IMG/VR virus record: IMGVR_UViG_3300033073_001516
Coordinates: 64,001-128,000 of that record
Source: a virus
Taxonomy: Duplodnaviria; Caudoviricetes
Direction: 5' to 3' (one strand)
DNA length: 64,000 nt
The notes under the pieces were generated by a model. That model saw only the letters and a list, made by a program, of their open reading frames with translations, had not been told where the DNA came from and made no database searches. Positions 8,798 through 19,356 of the stretch are shown one piece after another. The stretch's first letter is position 1; each line of letters begins with the position of its first letter. Position numbers and translations under genes: made by a program.

Positions 8798-11584
8798 TTA
8801 AAGCTTGGTGATCGTGATGGTTGTATCTTCCTGCGTGCCTGTAAGATCTCCCTTGTCGATCGCATTCGCATACAGAGTTACATTAGAGTCTGAGTTGTCT
8901 CTAGAAACTTTGCACTTTATTGTTGAAGTCGCAGGTAAGAATCCGATCCATGAAAGCTCGATAGACGGATATTTCGTTGTAGCTGATATACTCGAGCTGG
9001 TACTGGATGCTGTCTTTTTAACGTAATCATTAACAAGAAGCTTGGCAGTATAATTGACTGATGTTGATGTACTAGTAGTATAGATAGCTTTGAAGCCGAA
9101 CACTACGTCAATTCTGTATCTTCCAGCCGTGTCTATCGTGAATGTCGATCCCGTAGCTGAGCTTCCAGTCTCAGTTAAGAAGCTTCCGATATTTGTGATG
9201 AGATCGTTATAGTATAACTGCTTCTCTATCCCGCTGGACAACAGAACGTCAGTGGCTAGAGAGTCAGCATAACGATCTATGCCATCTCCCTTCGTGCCCT
9301 GGGGACCGGTGGCTCCCGCTGCGCCGGTATCTCCCTTAAGACCTTGCGGGCCGATAGATCCTGTTGCGCCAGTGTCACCCTTGAAAGTTACGCCTCTGAT
9401 GGACCAACCGAGTGATGTCTTCTTGTAGAACCTGTGATTGGTGGTATCAACGTAGAGATCGCCCGCCTGAAGATCTGACACCGTCAACCCAGCGTCAGAA
9501 AGAGCAGATGTCAGAGCGGCGGTCGAAGTTGCCAAGTTTGTGCCAGTACCAGGAGCTCCTGATCCCTCGAGCGTGATCTTGCCCCTGAGACCGTCAACAC
9601 CAGCGATTCCTTTATCGCCAGCGTCTCCTTTCAATCCCTGGGGACCTATCGAACCAGCTGGTCCTACGAAAGTAGCTCCTCGAGCGACCCAACCCAAAGA
9701 TGTCTTCTTGTAGAACCTGTGGTTCGAAGTGTCAAGATAGATGTCTCCGACATCCAGATCGCCCGAGGTTATGCCAGCATCTGTGAGAGCGTCTGTCAGA
9801 GCTGATGTTGGGGTCGCTAGATTAGTTCCTGTGCCTGGGGCTCCTGATCCCTCGAGCGTGATCTTACCTCTGAGACCGTTCGCTCCATCTATACCCTTTT
9901 CACCTTTCACGCTGCCCTGATCCTCCCAGCCAGATGACGTTCTCTTGTACATCCGTTTGTTGTTTGAATCTACGACAGTGTCACCCTCTCGAGCTGCAGC
10001 CAAAATTGCGTTTGAAGACCACTCCGAGGATGACAGAGAGGCTAAATTCACCCCTGTCGTAAGTGATATGTTCTTCAGCTCGCTAGATTTGTATGAATTT
10101 CTTGGATCCCATCTGCTTCCCGGAATTCCCGATGAGTTTCTCTTGTACCATTTGAAGTTGGTCACATCGTGGTAAAGATCTCCCACTGCAGCATCGCTGA
10201 TGTCTGATGGAAGCTCTGAAGCTGGGTCGTCTGGGTCTCCTGAGCCGTCGAACACGGTCTTTCCGTTTCTTCCTTTATGCGAAGTACGAGAGACCCAGGC
10301 TCCTGAGGTTCTCTTATAGAAGATGTGGTTTAGGGTGTCGAGATAGAGGTCTCCGTTCTTTACATCAGAATCGGAGATTCCAGCGTCAGCAAGTGCAGCG
10401 GAATAAACCGTTGGGTCTGAGGGCGCGCCGTTTCCTTCTATAGTAGTCCTTCCATCATTTCCGTTACGACCGTCTTGACCGTTCTGGCCGTTTAAACCCG
10501 ACGGGCCTATAGGACCCAGATACGTGCTCCTGCAATCCCATCTGTCCCCTGGGATTCCAGAAGAATTTCTCTTGTACCATTTGAAGTTGGTCACATCGTG
10601 GTAAAGATCTCCCACTGCAGCATCGCTGATATCAGACGGTAATTCCGAAGCTGGGTCGTCTGGGTCTCCCGAGCCGTCAAATATCGTTCGACCGTTCTTA
10701 CCTTTGTGAGACGTTCTTGAGTTCCACGCGTCCGCAGCGCGCTTGTAGAAGATGTGGTTTAGGGTGTCGAGATAGAGGTCTCCGTTCTTTATGTCAGATT
10801 CAGAGATTCCAGCATCAGCGAGAGCAGCAGCATAAGCTGTTGGGTCCGAGGGTGGACCATTTCCTTCAAGCGTAGTTCTTCCGTCATTTCCATTCTGGCC
10901 CTTCAGTCCAGTAGGTCCTATAGGGCCCAGATACGTACTTCTTGCGTCCCATCTGACGCCCGGAATTCCAGAAGAATTTCTGTGATGCCACTTAAAATTG
11001 ACGATGTCATGATAGAGATCGCCTTCCACAGCGTCTCCGATGTCCGTCGGAAGCGTAGAATTAGGATCGTCAGGATCTCCAGACCCTTCGAATATCGTTC
11101 GACCGTTCTTGCCCTTGTGTGATGTGCGAGAGACCCAAGATCCCGAGGTTCTCTTGTAGAAGATATGATTCAGAGTATCGAGATAAAGATCACCATTTTG
11201 AACATCGGAAGCAGAGATTCCAGCGTCAGCTAGAGCAGCAGCGTATACTACAGCATCAGACGGAGGCCCAGAACCCTCCAGAGTAGTTCTACCGTTGACA
11301 CCGCTTGATCCGTTTCCAGATCCGCTTATGTCACATCCGGAGTCCCATCCGATTGCGTCTTTGACGTAAATTCTTTTGTTTAACGAATCAAGATATATCG
11401 AACCGGCTTTTCCAAGAGAAATCGATGGAATGCCGATGCCGACGTGAAGATTGGAAGAGCTAGTTTCAGAGAAAGAGCTCGTATTTCCTTCGCTGAGCTC
11501 TCCGACAACAAGAGTGTATGTCCCATGCACGTCTTTCAACGTGTACGTCTTTCCGTTCTGAACGTTGACTTTTTTCACTGGCAT
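8798..11584 (-). CDS. Tail fibre with ten GDxYxD knob repeats, collagen Gly-X-Y linkers and a C-terminal C1q/BclA-like domain
   Basis: 928 aa; repeats GxGxP...GDLYLD...YK...W; Gly-X-Y runs; C-terminal FTIDTAGRYRID...TITITKL. Confidence 0.8.
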   Translation of the reverse strand: MPVKKVNVQNGKTYTLKDVHGTYTLVVGELSEGNTSSFSETSSSNLHVGIGIPSISLGKAGSIYLDSLNKRIYVKDAIGWDSGCDISGSGNGSSGVNGRTTLEGSGPPSDAVVYAAALADAGISASDVQNGDLYLDTLNHIFYKRTSGSWVSRTSHKGKNGRTIFEGSGDPDDPNSTLPTDIGDAVEGDLYHDIVNFKWHHRNSSGIPGVRWDARSTYLGPIGPTGLKGQNGNDGRTTLEGNGPPSDPTAYAAALADAGISESDIKNGDLYLDTLNHIFYKRAADAWNSRTSHKGKNGRTIFDGSGDPDDPASELPSDISDAAVGDLYHDVTNFKWYKRNSSGIPGDRWDCRSTYLGPIGPSGLNGQNGQDGRNGNDGRTTIEGNGAPSDPTVYSAALADAGISDSDVKNGDLYLDTLNHIFYKRTSGAWVSRTSHKGRNGKTVFDGSGDPDDPASELPSDISDAAVGDLYHDVTNFKWYKRNSSGIPGSRWDPRNSYKSSELKNISLTTGVNLASLSSSEWSSNAILAAAREGDTVVDSNNKRMYKRTSSGWEDQGSVKGEKGIDGANGLRGKITLEGSGAPGTGTNLATPTSALTDALTDAGITSGDLDVGDIYLDTSNHRFYKKTSLGWVARGATFVGPAGSIGPQGLKGDAGDKGIAGVDGLRGKITLEGSGAPGTGTNLATSTAALTSALSDAGLTVSDLQAGDLYVDTTNHRFYKKTSLGWSIRGVTFKGDTGATGSIGPQGLKGDTGAAGATGPQGTKGDGIDRYADSLATDVLLSSGIEKQLYYNDLITNIGSFLTETGSSATGSTFTIDTAGRYRIDVVFGFKAIYTTSTSTSVNYTAKLLVNDYVKKTASSTSSSISATTKYPSIELSWIGFLPATSTIKCKVSRDNSDSNVTLYANAIDKGDLTGTQEDTTITITKL
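9400..9880 (-). repeat. Intragenic duplication, 285-nt period (two D-type knob units)
   Basis: ctcctgatccctcgagcgtgatctt occurs at 9556 and 9841; GLRGKITLEGSGAPGTGTNLAT occurs twice; outer boundaries approximate. Confidence 0.85.
10090..11296 (-). repeat. Intragenic triplication of a two-knob unit (about 411-429 nt)
   Basis: 65-nt exact match at 10137-10201 and 10566-10630; 46-nt exact match at 10317-10362 and 10746-10791 (offset 429). Confidence 0.9.
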
Positions 11585-11597
11585 CTCATTTCTCCTA

Positions 11598-14500
11598 TCA
11601 CAACACTAGAACTGCGAGATCTTCACGATTTCTTGTTGTACCATCATCAAAATATGGCACTGATGAGGTTGCGAATGTACTGATATTCTGCGAAAACGTC
11701 AGAGTTGGATCTACTGTTTGAGTTCCTGAAACAAACAAACATTTCACTGGTGGGTCGACGGATACGAAGGCTGTATCGTATCTCTGCTCTAGAGTATCTC
11801 TAAGATAGCCATGATGATTGGATGAGAAAGTCAGACGTGAATTTGCGGGTCTCAAGTTGGATATTCCGTACCTGAACGTTCCATTTCTCAGATGAAGACC
11901 AAATCCATTTAAAGTGTGGCCAGCGCGATGCTTGATGATGCCACAAGTCACTCCAAGAAACTCAGCACGATAGAGTGCGGCAACCTCTGTTGATGTTAGA
12001 GCTCGGCTCTTCCAGATATGAAGAGAGTGAACGTAGCCTCCTGAAAGCTCTTTGGTAGCGCTCGGTCCAGTAGCTGCGTTAGAGGCAGCAGCCAACCACA
12101 ATTTCGAAGCTGCGTTGTAGTTACTAACGCCACCAGGAGAGTTTGAATCATCGACCACGGTCATCTGACTACCGTTTAGGTAGACTTTTATACAATTTGC
12201 TCCGTTGTTCTCAGTCTCATCTCCGTTATAGACTATCGTAATTTGATTCCATTGACCGTCTTTGACTGCTGAGGAAGTCACAGCACCCTTCCAGTTAGAG
12301 TTGGAAGAATTTTGGAATATTTTAACATGCAGCTTATCGCTGCCATCGATATAGACGTTATACTCGTTGTATCCGCCGCCAGTGCGATATGATTTTTCGA
12401 GTAGTGTCTGATCGTTCCCACTTCCGCCTGAAGTTGAGGTGTAATAGAATGATACTGAAATTGTAAATGCTTCGTCAGTTGATGAGACTGCCGTTGTTCT
12501 TATCGAATTATCTATCGTAGCGGGAGTCTCACCGTATCTGACCTGACCTGAGAACGCTGCAGCTGCAAAGAAAAGTGAGTAGTCCTCGTTCAGACCAGCG
12601 AGAGGGACGCTTACGTTATTCGTAGGAAGTGGGTTGGAATTGAAGTCGAGATCGTAATTGTTGCTGGTGATATCTGAGACTATTCCACCGTCCGACATCG
12701 ACATGAAGTAGCTGGACACCAGACCACTGGTGAGATTGTATTCGCTAGGGGGGACGGGCAACGGGAAGATCGACTCTCGAAGATCATACAGAAACTTCAG
12801 CGGTGCGTCAGACACGAATGTGTAGCGTGTTAGGAAAGCGTAGTCAAGTGAGCATAGTCTCTTACCCGTTACCGTGATCGGAAAAGACATCACGTCGGTG
12901 TTCAGATTGTCTATCGCGTTTATGATCGCTGCGTTGTGTTGCACTCGACGTGTTGGATTTCCCTCGAATGGAAACTGCTTAAAGATCGAGTCATCACCAA
13001 CTTCAAGTATGTTATCGATACCAGTCGAATATCTGAGAACATTTCCGCCGTTGTACTTGTACTCTGACGCCTCTCCGCTCGTTAATATGACGTCATCGTA
13101 ATCAGGCAAGCAACTATCATACACGATTTCCGTGCTGTCGACGATCGATGCGAATCTCTGCAGCGATCCAGTTGTCCCAGCTTGACCGAGCGAGACTCTG
13201 GAGATCACTTTACGAGAGTTGTCCTGGCTCTGGGTAGTGAAGAACAAACCACCTGATACCGGCGTGAGCATGCTCCCAGTTACGATCTCATCCAAGTAAG
13301 AACCGTAATAAGATGAGATCGGTTCGATCTGGAAACGGTCGAGAACAGGTTCCGCGCCGATGAACTCGTGGATAGAATCAGAAGTTAGATCTTGATTGAG
13401 AGAATGGAGATGCTCGACTCCGTCTTTAATCATTGAACCGTACAGCGTCACTTTACACGGCTTACTCTTTATCCTTAAAAATGATCCTGTGATATGAGAA
13501 AAGTTCGAAGTCGAGGTAGCAGGAGCGACTCCCGCCTCTAATCCGAAGATCAATTCATCATCTGGCATCAAGATATAAGGAGAAACATCGGATTGAGGAG
13601 TCAATATCGAAAAATAATTTCCGTTGCTGCTCGAAGCTGGAGCGTTTGACTCTCCCCCAAATCTTCTAATTGACCTTGAATCTAGTCTCACAAATTTAGA
13701 TGATAAATTTGTAGAATCTCCGGCAGATCCGTTCGCAACTATCGCAAAATTGCTTGGATCTCGTGATAGACTCTGATAATTTTGATTTGAAGTTCCACCG
13801 GGCCAAGATGAGACCAAAAAATTAGTCCCGGTCCCGTCAGCTTGAGGAACGCACGAAAGCCCAGCAAATTGAGCGCTAGAAACAGCCGGCTTAAATTGCA
13901 TCTGAACGGATCCCGTGAATGATCCGACAGCGTATGTGTCTGTATACGGGAGGTTAAAATTGTGATTAAAAGCGGGAGTATGACGAAGAATTCCTTGTGG
14001 AGTAGACCCAGAGTTCCAAAATGCCATAGAGCTTGAAAAAATTAAAAACCTAGAAGATCCTGATACATCAGCTAAGCTGTCTAGATTTCTAGATTGCCTG
14101 GACTGTCTATAGGCAAAAAATGTATAATTGTCTATATCTCTAATCGATCCACTTTTGACATAGTTGGCTAAACTTGGAAAATGAGAAGAAGGTGCTACTC
14201 CACCGTTTATTCGCTGAGCCTCAACTTCATCGAAGCTGACTTCGACGGATTCTAGAAGAAATGGATAGCTGAGATACTCACTTAGCTTTATTGATTGCGA
14301 ACTAGTCGCGTGATATTTTTCTAAACTCGGAGCACCGTAAGTGAAAATTGGAGATCCTATTTTCGGATATCCCAAAATTTTTAATTGCTCTTCATCTTCT
14401 CCGAATCCAACGTCAGTTGTGAATTGAAATTGCAGCGGGAAAGTTCCGCTTAAAGTCGATGGAGTTGAATTATCAATCGCATAATCATAGTATAACGGTC

Positions 14501-15137
14501 CGCCAGTTGCTGGATCGATAGCGCCGATCTGCTCCCAAACACGACGTGAGAAATTGTAATAAAGAAATCCTGTATTATCGTCAGAAACCGGCTGTCCTTC
14601 AGCAATGTTTCTACGACGAACGTTTCTCATCACCATCGCATCAGTTTGCGGTGTGATGTCTATCTCGATTGCAATCTTAGAGCGAACCGGAGATGTGAAA
14701 CCAGGAAGAATATCAGGATCAGTACCGCTCAGGAAGAAATCAGTCGCAGGCATCGTTCGATTCTCATCGAATGGACCCATCTCCTCCACGGGCGAGTAAT
14801 GCAGATGAGCAGGCTGCTGGAATGAGCGGATCGGGGCAGTGATCGATATGTCAGATTGCTCACCGAGGATATCAACTGACTGCGTGATGAATGAGCTGTT
14901 CCTCGGCAACATCATCGGAAAGACAGGGTTTCCGTTTGAGACGAAATCTATCGTTGTCCCGTCATTGAAGCTGATCGGACGGGTGCCAGATCGAGTTGGA
15001 TCTCCAGTCCTTCTGACAGTCGGATACGAACCAGGATTATCATCAAGCTCGTTGAGCAGAATTCGAGGTGATCGAACTATGAATCCCGAACCTGTTACGA
15101 AGCTAGATCCAGTTACATCCTGTCTTATTCTCGGCAT
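11598..15137 (-). CDS. Large virion protein with a C-terminal LamG/concanavalin A-like domain
   Basis: 1179 aa; AFTISVSFY...DGQWNQITIVYNG...KVYLNGS...LHIWKSRALTSTEVAALY is a LamG pattern. Confidence 0.7.
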   Translation of the reverse strand: MPRIRQDVTGSSFVTGSGFIVRSPRILLNELDDNPGSYPTVRRTGDPTRSGTRPISFNDGTTIDFVSNGNPVFPMMLPRNSSFITQSVDILGEQSDISITAPIRSFQQPAHLHYSPVEEMGPFDENRTMPATDFFLSGTDPDILPGFTSPVRSKIAIEIDITPQTDAMVMRNVRRRNIAEGQPVSDDNTGFLYYNFSRRVWEQIGAIDPATGGPLYYDYAIDNSTPSTLSGTFPLQFQFTTDVGFGEDEEQLKILGYPKIGSPIFTYGAPSLEKYHATSSQSIKLSEYLSYPFLLESVEVSFDEVEAQRINGGVAPSSHFPSLANYVKSGSIRDIDNYTFFAYRQSRQSRNLDSLADVSGSSRFLIFSSSMAFWNSGSTPQGILRHTPAFNHNFNLPYTDTYAVGSFTGSVQMQFKPAVSSAQFAGLSCVPQADGTGTNFLVSSWPGGTSNQNYQSLSRDPSNFAIVANGSAGDSTNLSSKFVRLDSRSIRRFGGESNAPASSSNGNYFSILTPQSDVSPYILMPDDELIFGLEAGVAPATSTSNFSHITGSFLRIKSKPCKVTLYGSMIKDGVEHLHSLNQDLTSDSIHEFIGAEPVLDRFQIEPISSYYGSYLDEIVTGSMLTPVSGGLFFTTQSQDNSRKVISRVSLGQAGTTGSLQRFASIVDSTEIVYDSCLPDYDDVILTSGEASEYKYNGGNVLRYSTGIDNILEVGDDSIFKQFPFEGNPTRRVQHNAAIINAIDNLNTDVMSFPITVTGKRLCSLDYAFLTRYTFVSDAPLKFLYDLRESIFPLPVPPSEYNLTSGLVSSYFMSMSDGGIVSDITSNNYDLDFNSNPLPTNNVSVPLAGLNEDYSLFFAAAAFSGQVRYGETPATIDNSIRTTAVSSTDEAFTISVSFYYTSTSGGSGNDQTLLEKSYRTGGGYNEYNVYIDGSDKLHVKIFQNSSNSNWKGAVTSSAVKDGQWNQITIVYNGDETENNGANCIKVYLNGSQMTVVDDSNSPGGVSNYNAASKLWLAAASNAATGPSATKELSGGYVHSLHIWKSRALTSTEVAALYRAEFLGVTCGIIKHRAGHTLNGFGLHLRNGTFRYGISNLRPANSRLTFSSNHHGYLRDTLEQRYDTAFVSVDPPVKCLFVSGTQTVDPTLTFSQNISTFATSSVPYFDDGTTRNREDLAVLVL

Positions 15138-15138
15138 C

Positions 15139-15990
15139 TTATCTCTTCATTCCTGCGTATGTGATTGAATCAGTTCCCGGTGAGTCAGCCAAGCTGACAA
15201 TCTGCCCACATCTCGATGATATGCTTCCACGTGGGAACATCTGATCTGTTGATTCTCTGCTAAGCAGAAGCGCAGCTCTGATCTCTCCAGATAGCAACTC
15301 AGCATTATCCTCCCAATCGCTCCCCTCAGTAAACGGGGTATCATTGTCTGATGGAGCTGACATAAATGGAGGCTGAGATAATCCCAAAGTGTCGTGCTCA
15401 AATATTTCATCAAGGTATGGTTCGACAGAGAGATCTACTGGAAATACAAAGTCGACTATCCTGTTGCTTCTCCTGCGAACATCCTCGGCTGCATTTGAAA
15501 GAGCTCCACGAACGTCATGAGATTCATAAGGCCAATCTATCGAATTTCTGGATGCTCTGGATCTGATCGTCAGGGGCTCAATCACACCGTCGTACGAATC
15601 GATGTTGTTGGCTGTTGTGTTTAGAAGAACCTGTGGATAGACTAGAGTCGATCCGTTGTCTTCTATGAATACAACAGGATCAAAACGTTGCATGTCCTCG
15701 TACGCAGAATCTGACGTAAACTCCCTGGGTACCCCGAAGGAGCGCTGCTCTGTCTCGAACTTAGGGTACTCTTCTACTTTCTCAGTTCCAACGTTTGTTG
15801 AAAAATTCTCATCGTAAGTTCTTAGATTGTCGACTCTTCTTCCGCCAACGACAATGATCGATCCGTCGCCGGATCTCATGACGGGAGTGATGCCAGCTCG
15901 ATACTGACCGTAGGTACGGACCTCTACTCCCTGTAGAAAGTTTTCGACGGCACCTGACTCCGCCCCAATTTCGACAGCTGACGTTGCCAA
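15139..15990 (-). CDS. Hypothetical baseplate-region protein
   Basis: 283 aa, TTG start with SD GGAGGT, tightly packed among baseplate genes. Confidence 0.45.
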   Translation of the reverse strand: MATSAVEIGAESGAVENFLQGVEVRTYGQYRAGITPVMRSGDGSIIVVGGRRVDNLRTYDENFSTNVGTEKVEEYPKFETEQRSFGVPREFTSDSAYEDMQRFDPVVFIEDNGSTLVYPQVLLNTTANNIDSYDGVIEPLTIRSRASRNSIDWPYESHDVRGALSNAAEDVRRRSNRIVDFVFPVDLSVEPYLDEIFEHDTLGLSQPPFMSAPSDNDTPFTEGSDWEDNAELLSGEIRAALLLSRESTDQMFPRGSISSRCGQIVSLADSPGTDSITYAGMKR

Positions 15991-15993
15991 ATC

Positions 15994-18900
15994 TTACCTC
16001 CCAACTCTAACGACCGCGAACTCTCCGACTGGATCATCTTTGAATAGACGGACGTACGTTCCGTAGTTTAAGTATTGGACTTTAGAACGTTCAAGAGCGT
16101 GAGGTTCGATAACAAAGTTGGACCCTAGGAAACGAGTGTTGCTAGGAACAAAATTTTCAATCAATGAACCCATCGATAAATCGAACCACCTGAAGAACTC
16201 ATACAGCTGCTTCATCTTTATCCTTTCTGTCAATCGGTTGAAGTAAACGTCCCTAAGCACTTCGAGTCTGACATAGTCAGGTGAGAATTGCATCTCAGGA
16301 GCACCGATAGCATCGTCAAGTTCATCAAGAGTTGCGAATATCTTGGCAATATCCTCATCAAGTGATCTGACGGCAGAAACTTCGATCGAGAAACGTAGAT
16401 CATCGCTTGGCTCTTCTGATCTTGGTATTTCATAGACTGGAGCAGCAGATGCGTTAAGGTTAGGAGCTCTTTCTGGATCTTGTAAGCTGCGTATTCTGAT
16501 CTTGTTGTCGACCGATGCTTCGTCAAATCTCAGAGAAGGAACTGAGGTCATGACACGCTCATTATCGATGACCCTTGAAGAATTTTGGAACCCTTGACCA
16601 GCAAGGTTGAATCCATTCTGAGAGTAATCGAACAATGATATCGAACCGTTGTTGTCAGAAGATGTGATTTCCTGACTTGCCCATGCATCGATTCTAAGTC
16701 TATCCCATGAGCCGGTTACGTTTGTGACAAAGTTATAGTTCAAAGCTGGATTTTCAACGCCTACCGATTCAAAATTCGTAGCATGCTCATTCAGTTCTGG
16801 AAGCGTGAGCTGCTTCGACCAGAATCGTACTCTAGCAACTTTTCCGCTGAAAATTGTCTGTCTAGCAGTGTCAGAAAAACTAGAAGAGTTCAGGAACGGA
16901 TAAGCAGATGAGTAACCAACCTCCTGTGGTCCGATGCACAGGAACGTCCCAGATTCATTCAAGGTCGGAGACAAGGTGTTCCAGGCAGAACCTCTGTCGA
17001 ATAGGCTACCGGTCACCAGGGTGCCCTCTGGTGATGTCGCAGAGAGCCTCGATGCCCACAGGTAGTATGATGAGCTAGCTTCGGTGTAAGACCCGCTTCT
17101 TCCGAAAGATATGTGCCAGTTCTCCCCATCGAATACGTTGCTTCCTGTGATCGTTAACTTCAGAAAATCGCTGCTGCTGAAGTTTGGAGCCACGTATAGA
17201 TCAATTGACGACGTGGTGCTTCCTTTCGTTACGACAAGGTTGGAGACAATCCCGTGCTCACTAGATGGCAATGAATTTCCAGTGACGTGGAATCTAGCCA
17301 AGCTTTGCTCGGTGTTATGCTGAAGTCCAACACCGAATTTATAGATTGCCTCGTAAGACCAAGAGCCCGATGTGAAGAGACCATCAGAAGTAGTTCCGGC
17401 AAGAGGTGGACCTCCTGGCTCGTATCTTGAACCGCTAAGATATGAGCTTGACAAGAACGGAACATCAGCGTATATGCCCTGAGGATTTGAGGCTGTGGTG
17501 AAGTTGACCAATGATCCGCTGAAGTTCAAGAATCCCTGAACTATAGATCTTGGAGATCTTGTTGAAAGTATGTAGCCCGTGCTTTTGCCACCGTACTCTT
17601 TAAACTTCATGATGCTTTCAGGTTCAATTCCTGCAGCTCTGATCATAGATTTAATAGAGTGTATCGTTCCCTTAGACCTGACAAGTGAGGGAATCTCTTT
17701 CAATATGCGTCGCCATATAAGGTTTTGGGCGTACTGGTACGTTGATTGAAGCGTTCCAACGCTAGATCTGCTGCTTTCTCCCACGACTCCGAGCTCTGGG
17801 CCGACCTGAGAAAACATGTTAGGAAGCTGAATTCCATAATAATCAGCCAAAGCTGGCAGGAATTGATCAGAAACTGTCCCTACATCGGTGTATCCGACGT
17901 TTCTTAGCTTCGATATGTGATCTATGTAGCACTTTATTTCATCAAACTGCTTCGCCCAGACGTATAGAAGCGCAGATATGATCTGCACAGATCCAAGCTT
18001 GGTTTTACCAGGTAAAGTTCCCTCAGCATCGATCGGTTGACCGACCTCACCCTCTATCGAATCTAAATCGTAGAATTCCTGCTCTTGCTTGAGATAGTGC
18101 TGCGGGATCAGTTTCGTTATCAAGTTCGGATTATTGGCGTCGTATTCAGATCCTGAAGAGAGAAGGTTAGCATTTAGAGATACGACGTCCGGATGATCTG
18201 AGAATAAGACGGTGTTGTACTTCTCAAGTTCTGTCGACAAAGGAATTGAAAGATGCTTAACTCTCTGAGAATTTTGATAGTTCGATATGTTTGTGTGTAG
18301 TCCGTTGCCAGAATGATCGATTGCTAGATCACTGTTGGAATACGAACCAGTGGGCTCATTGAACTTGAAATAGACTTTAAGATCATCGTTTCTGTAATCA
18401 GGAAAAGAGATCATCTGATCGAGCTCGCCAGCGTTAAAATCACGATGATATATTCTAAACTCGTCCAGCGATCCTGAGAACCTCGATGCTGGAGAGAAAG
18501 TAAAAGAGCTCATCGTGTGATCGGTTCCTGAGCCGATGAGAAGCGAACTAGCAGCGAAGTCTATCTGTCCGAATCTAACTGAATCACTTGACGTCGCTGC
18601 TAGCTCGCCGTTTACGTATAATTGAACCCTGTCAACGCCCGAGGATCTATTATGTTGCGCCGCGAATGATATGAAAGATCCCTTGGGAATTGAAACTGAC
18701 GCCGACATGTAGTTGGATGAACCGGAGCTCACGAACATGCAGAGCGAGCAGCTTGTTGTCAAAGCGCTGGAGGATAGTGCAACAGTGTAACCAGCGGCGG
18801 ATCCATTGAGCTTTTGAGCTATGATTTGATTACCATTCGTGATCTCAGGAACGAAGAGATACGAAAAGACGGTGTAGGATGATAGCTCGGGGTTTAAGAC

Positions 18901-19356
18901 GCTTTTCCCCGTGGTGTCACGTGACATTTCTGGTATGGTGACGCCAGCCCTATCCTTCACCTCAAGATGATTGGTTAAATCGAAGTTGAGATATCCGAGA
19001 TACTTTGGCATCGAGTCATAAACGTATTTCTCGAACCCTGTAAGCTCATCAAGGAACTGCTCGATTTCCTCCCGTGTACCGTCAAAAGGAAACTCATTGA
19101 TAACTTTCTCGAAAGCGACGTTGGTCTTAGCTTGAGCTGAATTGAAGAATGTATGATTCTCAAACTTTGACCAATCAAGAGGAAGCTGCTGGGTTGACTT
19201 GACTCCTGTTCCTATGGCATCGTATCTAAACGATGAAGAAGAGCCCACAACGTTGTTTATCACACTGCCCAACGTCTGCTCTATGACAGACGCACTGTTT
19301 CCTCGAAGATTAGCTTGCGCTATATCTCCATGTGTGGGTCCGAATATCCCGGGCAT
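15994..19356 (-). CDS. Baseplate wedge-like protein (P2 gpI/T4 gp7-like segment) with two LamG domains
   Basis: 1120 aa; FLPALADYYGI...LVRSKGTIHSIKSMIRAAGI wedge motif; LamG motifs QLYVNGEL, FSGSLDEFRIY, FSGKVARVRFW. Confidence 0.7.
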   Translation of the reverse strand: MPGIFGPTHGDIAQANLRGNSASVIEQTLGSVINNVVGSSSSFRYDAIGTGVKSTQQLPLDWSKFENHTFFNSAQAKTNVAFEKVINEFPFDGTREEIEQFLDELTGFEKYVYDSMPKYLGYLNFDLTNHLEVKDRAGVTIPEMSRDTTGKSVLNPELSSYTVFSYLFVPEITNGNQIIAQKLNGSAAGYTVALSSSALTTSCSLCMFVSSGSSNYMSASVSIPKGSFISFAAQHNRSSGVDRVQLYVNGELAATSSDSVRFGQIDFAASSLLIGSGTDHTMSSFTFSPASRFSGSLDEFRIYHRDFNAGELDQMISFPDYRNDDLKVYFKFNEPTGSYSNSDLAIDHSGNGLHTNISNYQNSQRVKHLSIPLSTELEKYNTVLFSDHPDVVSLNANLLSSGSEYDANNPNLITKLIPQHYLKQEQEFYDLDSIEGEVGQPIDAEGTLPGKTKLGSVQIISALLYVWAKQFDEIKCYIDHISKLRNVGYTDVGTVSDQFLPALADYYGIQLPNMFSQVGPELGVVGESSRSSVGTLQSTYQYAQNLIWRRILKEIPSLVRSKGTIHSIKSMIRAAGIEPESIMKFKEYGGKSTGYILSTRSPRSIVQGFLNFSGSLVNFTTASNPQGIYADVPFLSSSYLSGSRYEPGGPPLAGTTSDGLFTSGSWSYEAIYKFGVGLQHNTEQSLARFHVTGNSLPSSEHGIVSNLVVTKGSTTSSIDLYVAPNFSSSDFLKLTITGSNVFDGENWHISFGRSGSYTEASSSYYLWASRLSATSPEGTLVTGSLFDRGSAWNTLSPTLNESGTFLCIGPQEVGYSSAYPFLNSSSFSDTARQTIFSGKVARVRFWSKQLTLPELNEHATNFESVGVENPALNYNFVTNVTGSWDRLRIDAWASQEITSSDNNGSISLFDYSQNGFNLAGQGFQNSSRVIDNERVMTSVPSLRFDEASVDNKIRIRSLQDPERAPNLNASAAPVYEIPRSEEPSDDLRFSIEVSAVRSLDEDIAKIFATLDELDDAIGAPEMQFSPDYVRLEVLRDVYFNRLTERIKMKQLYEFFRWFDLSMGSLIENFVPSNTRFLGSNFVIEPHALERSKVQYLNYGTYVRLFKDDPVGEFAVVRVGR

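Noticed and set aside
8798-11584. Fibre repeats as DGR template/variable regions or a CRISPR array
   Set aside because: The repeats are in-frame coding units, the differences are not adenine-specific, and there is no reverse transcriptase or repeat-spacer periodicity.
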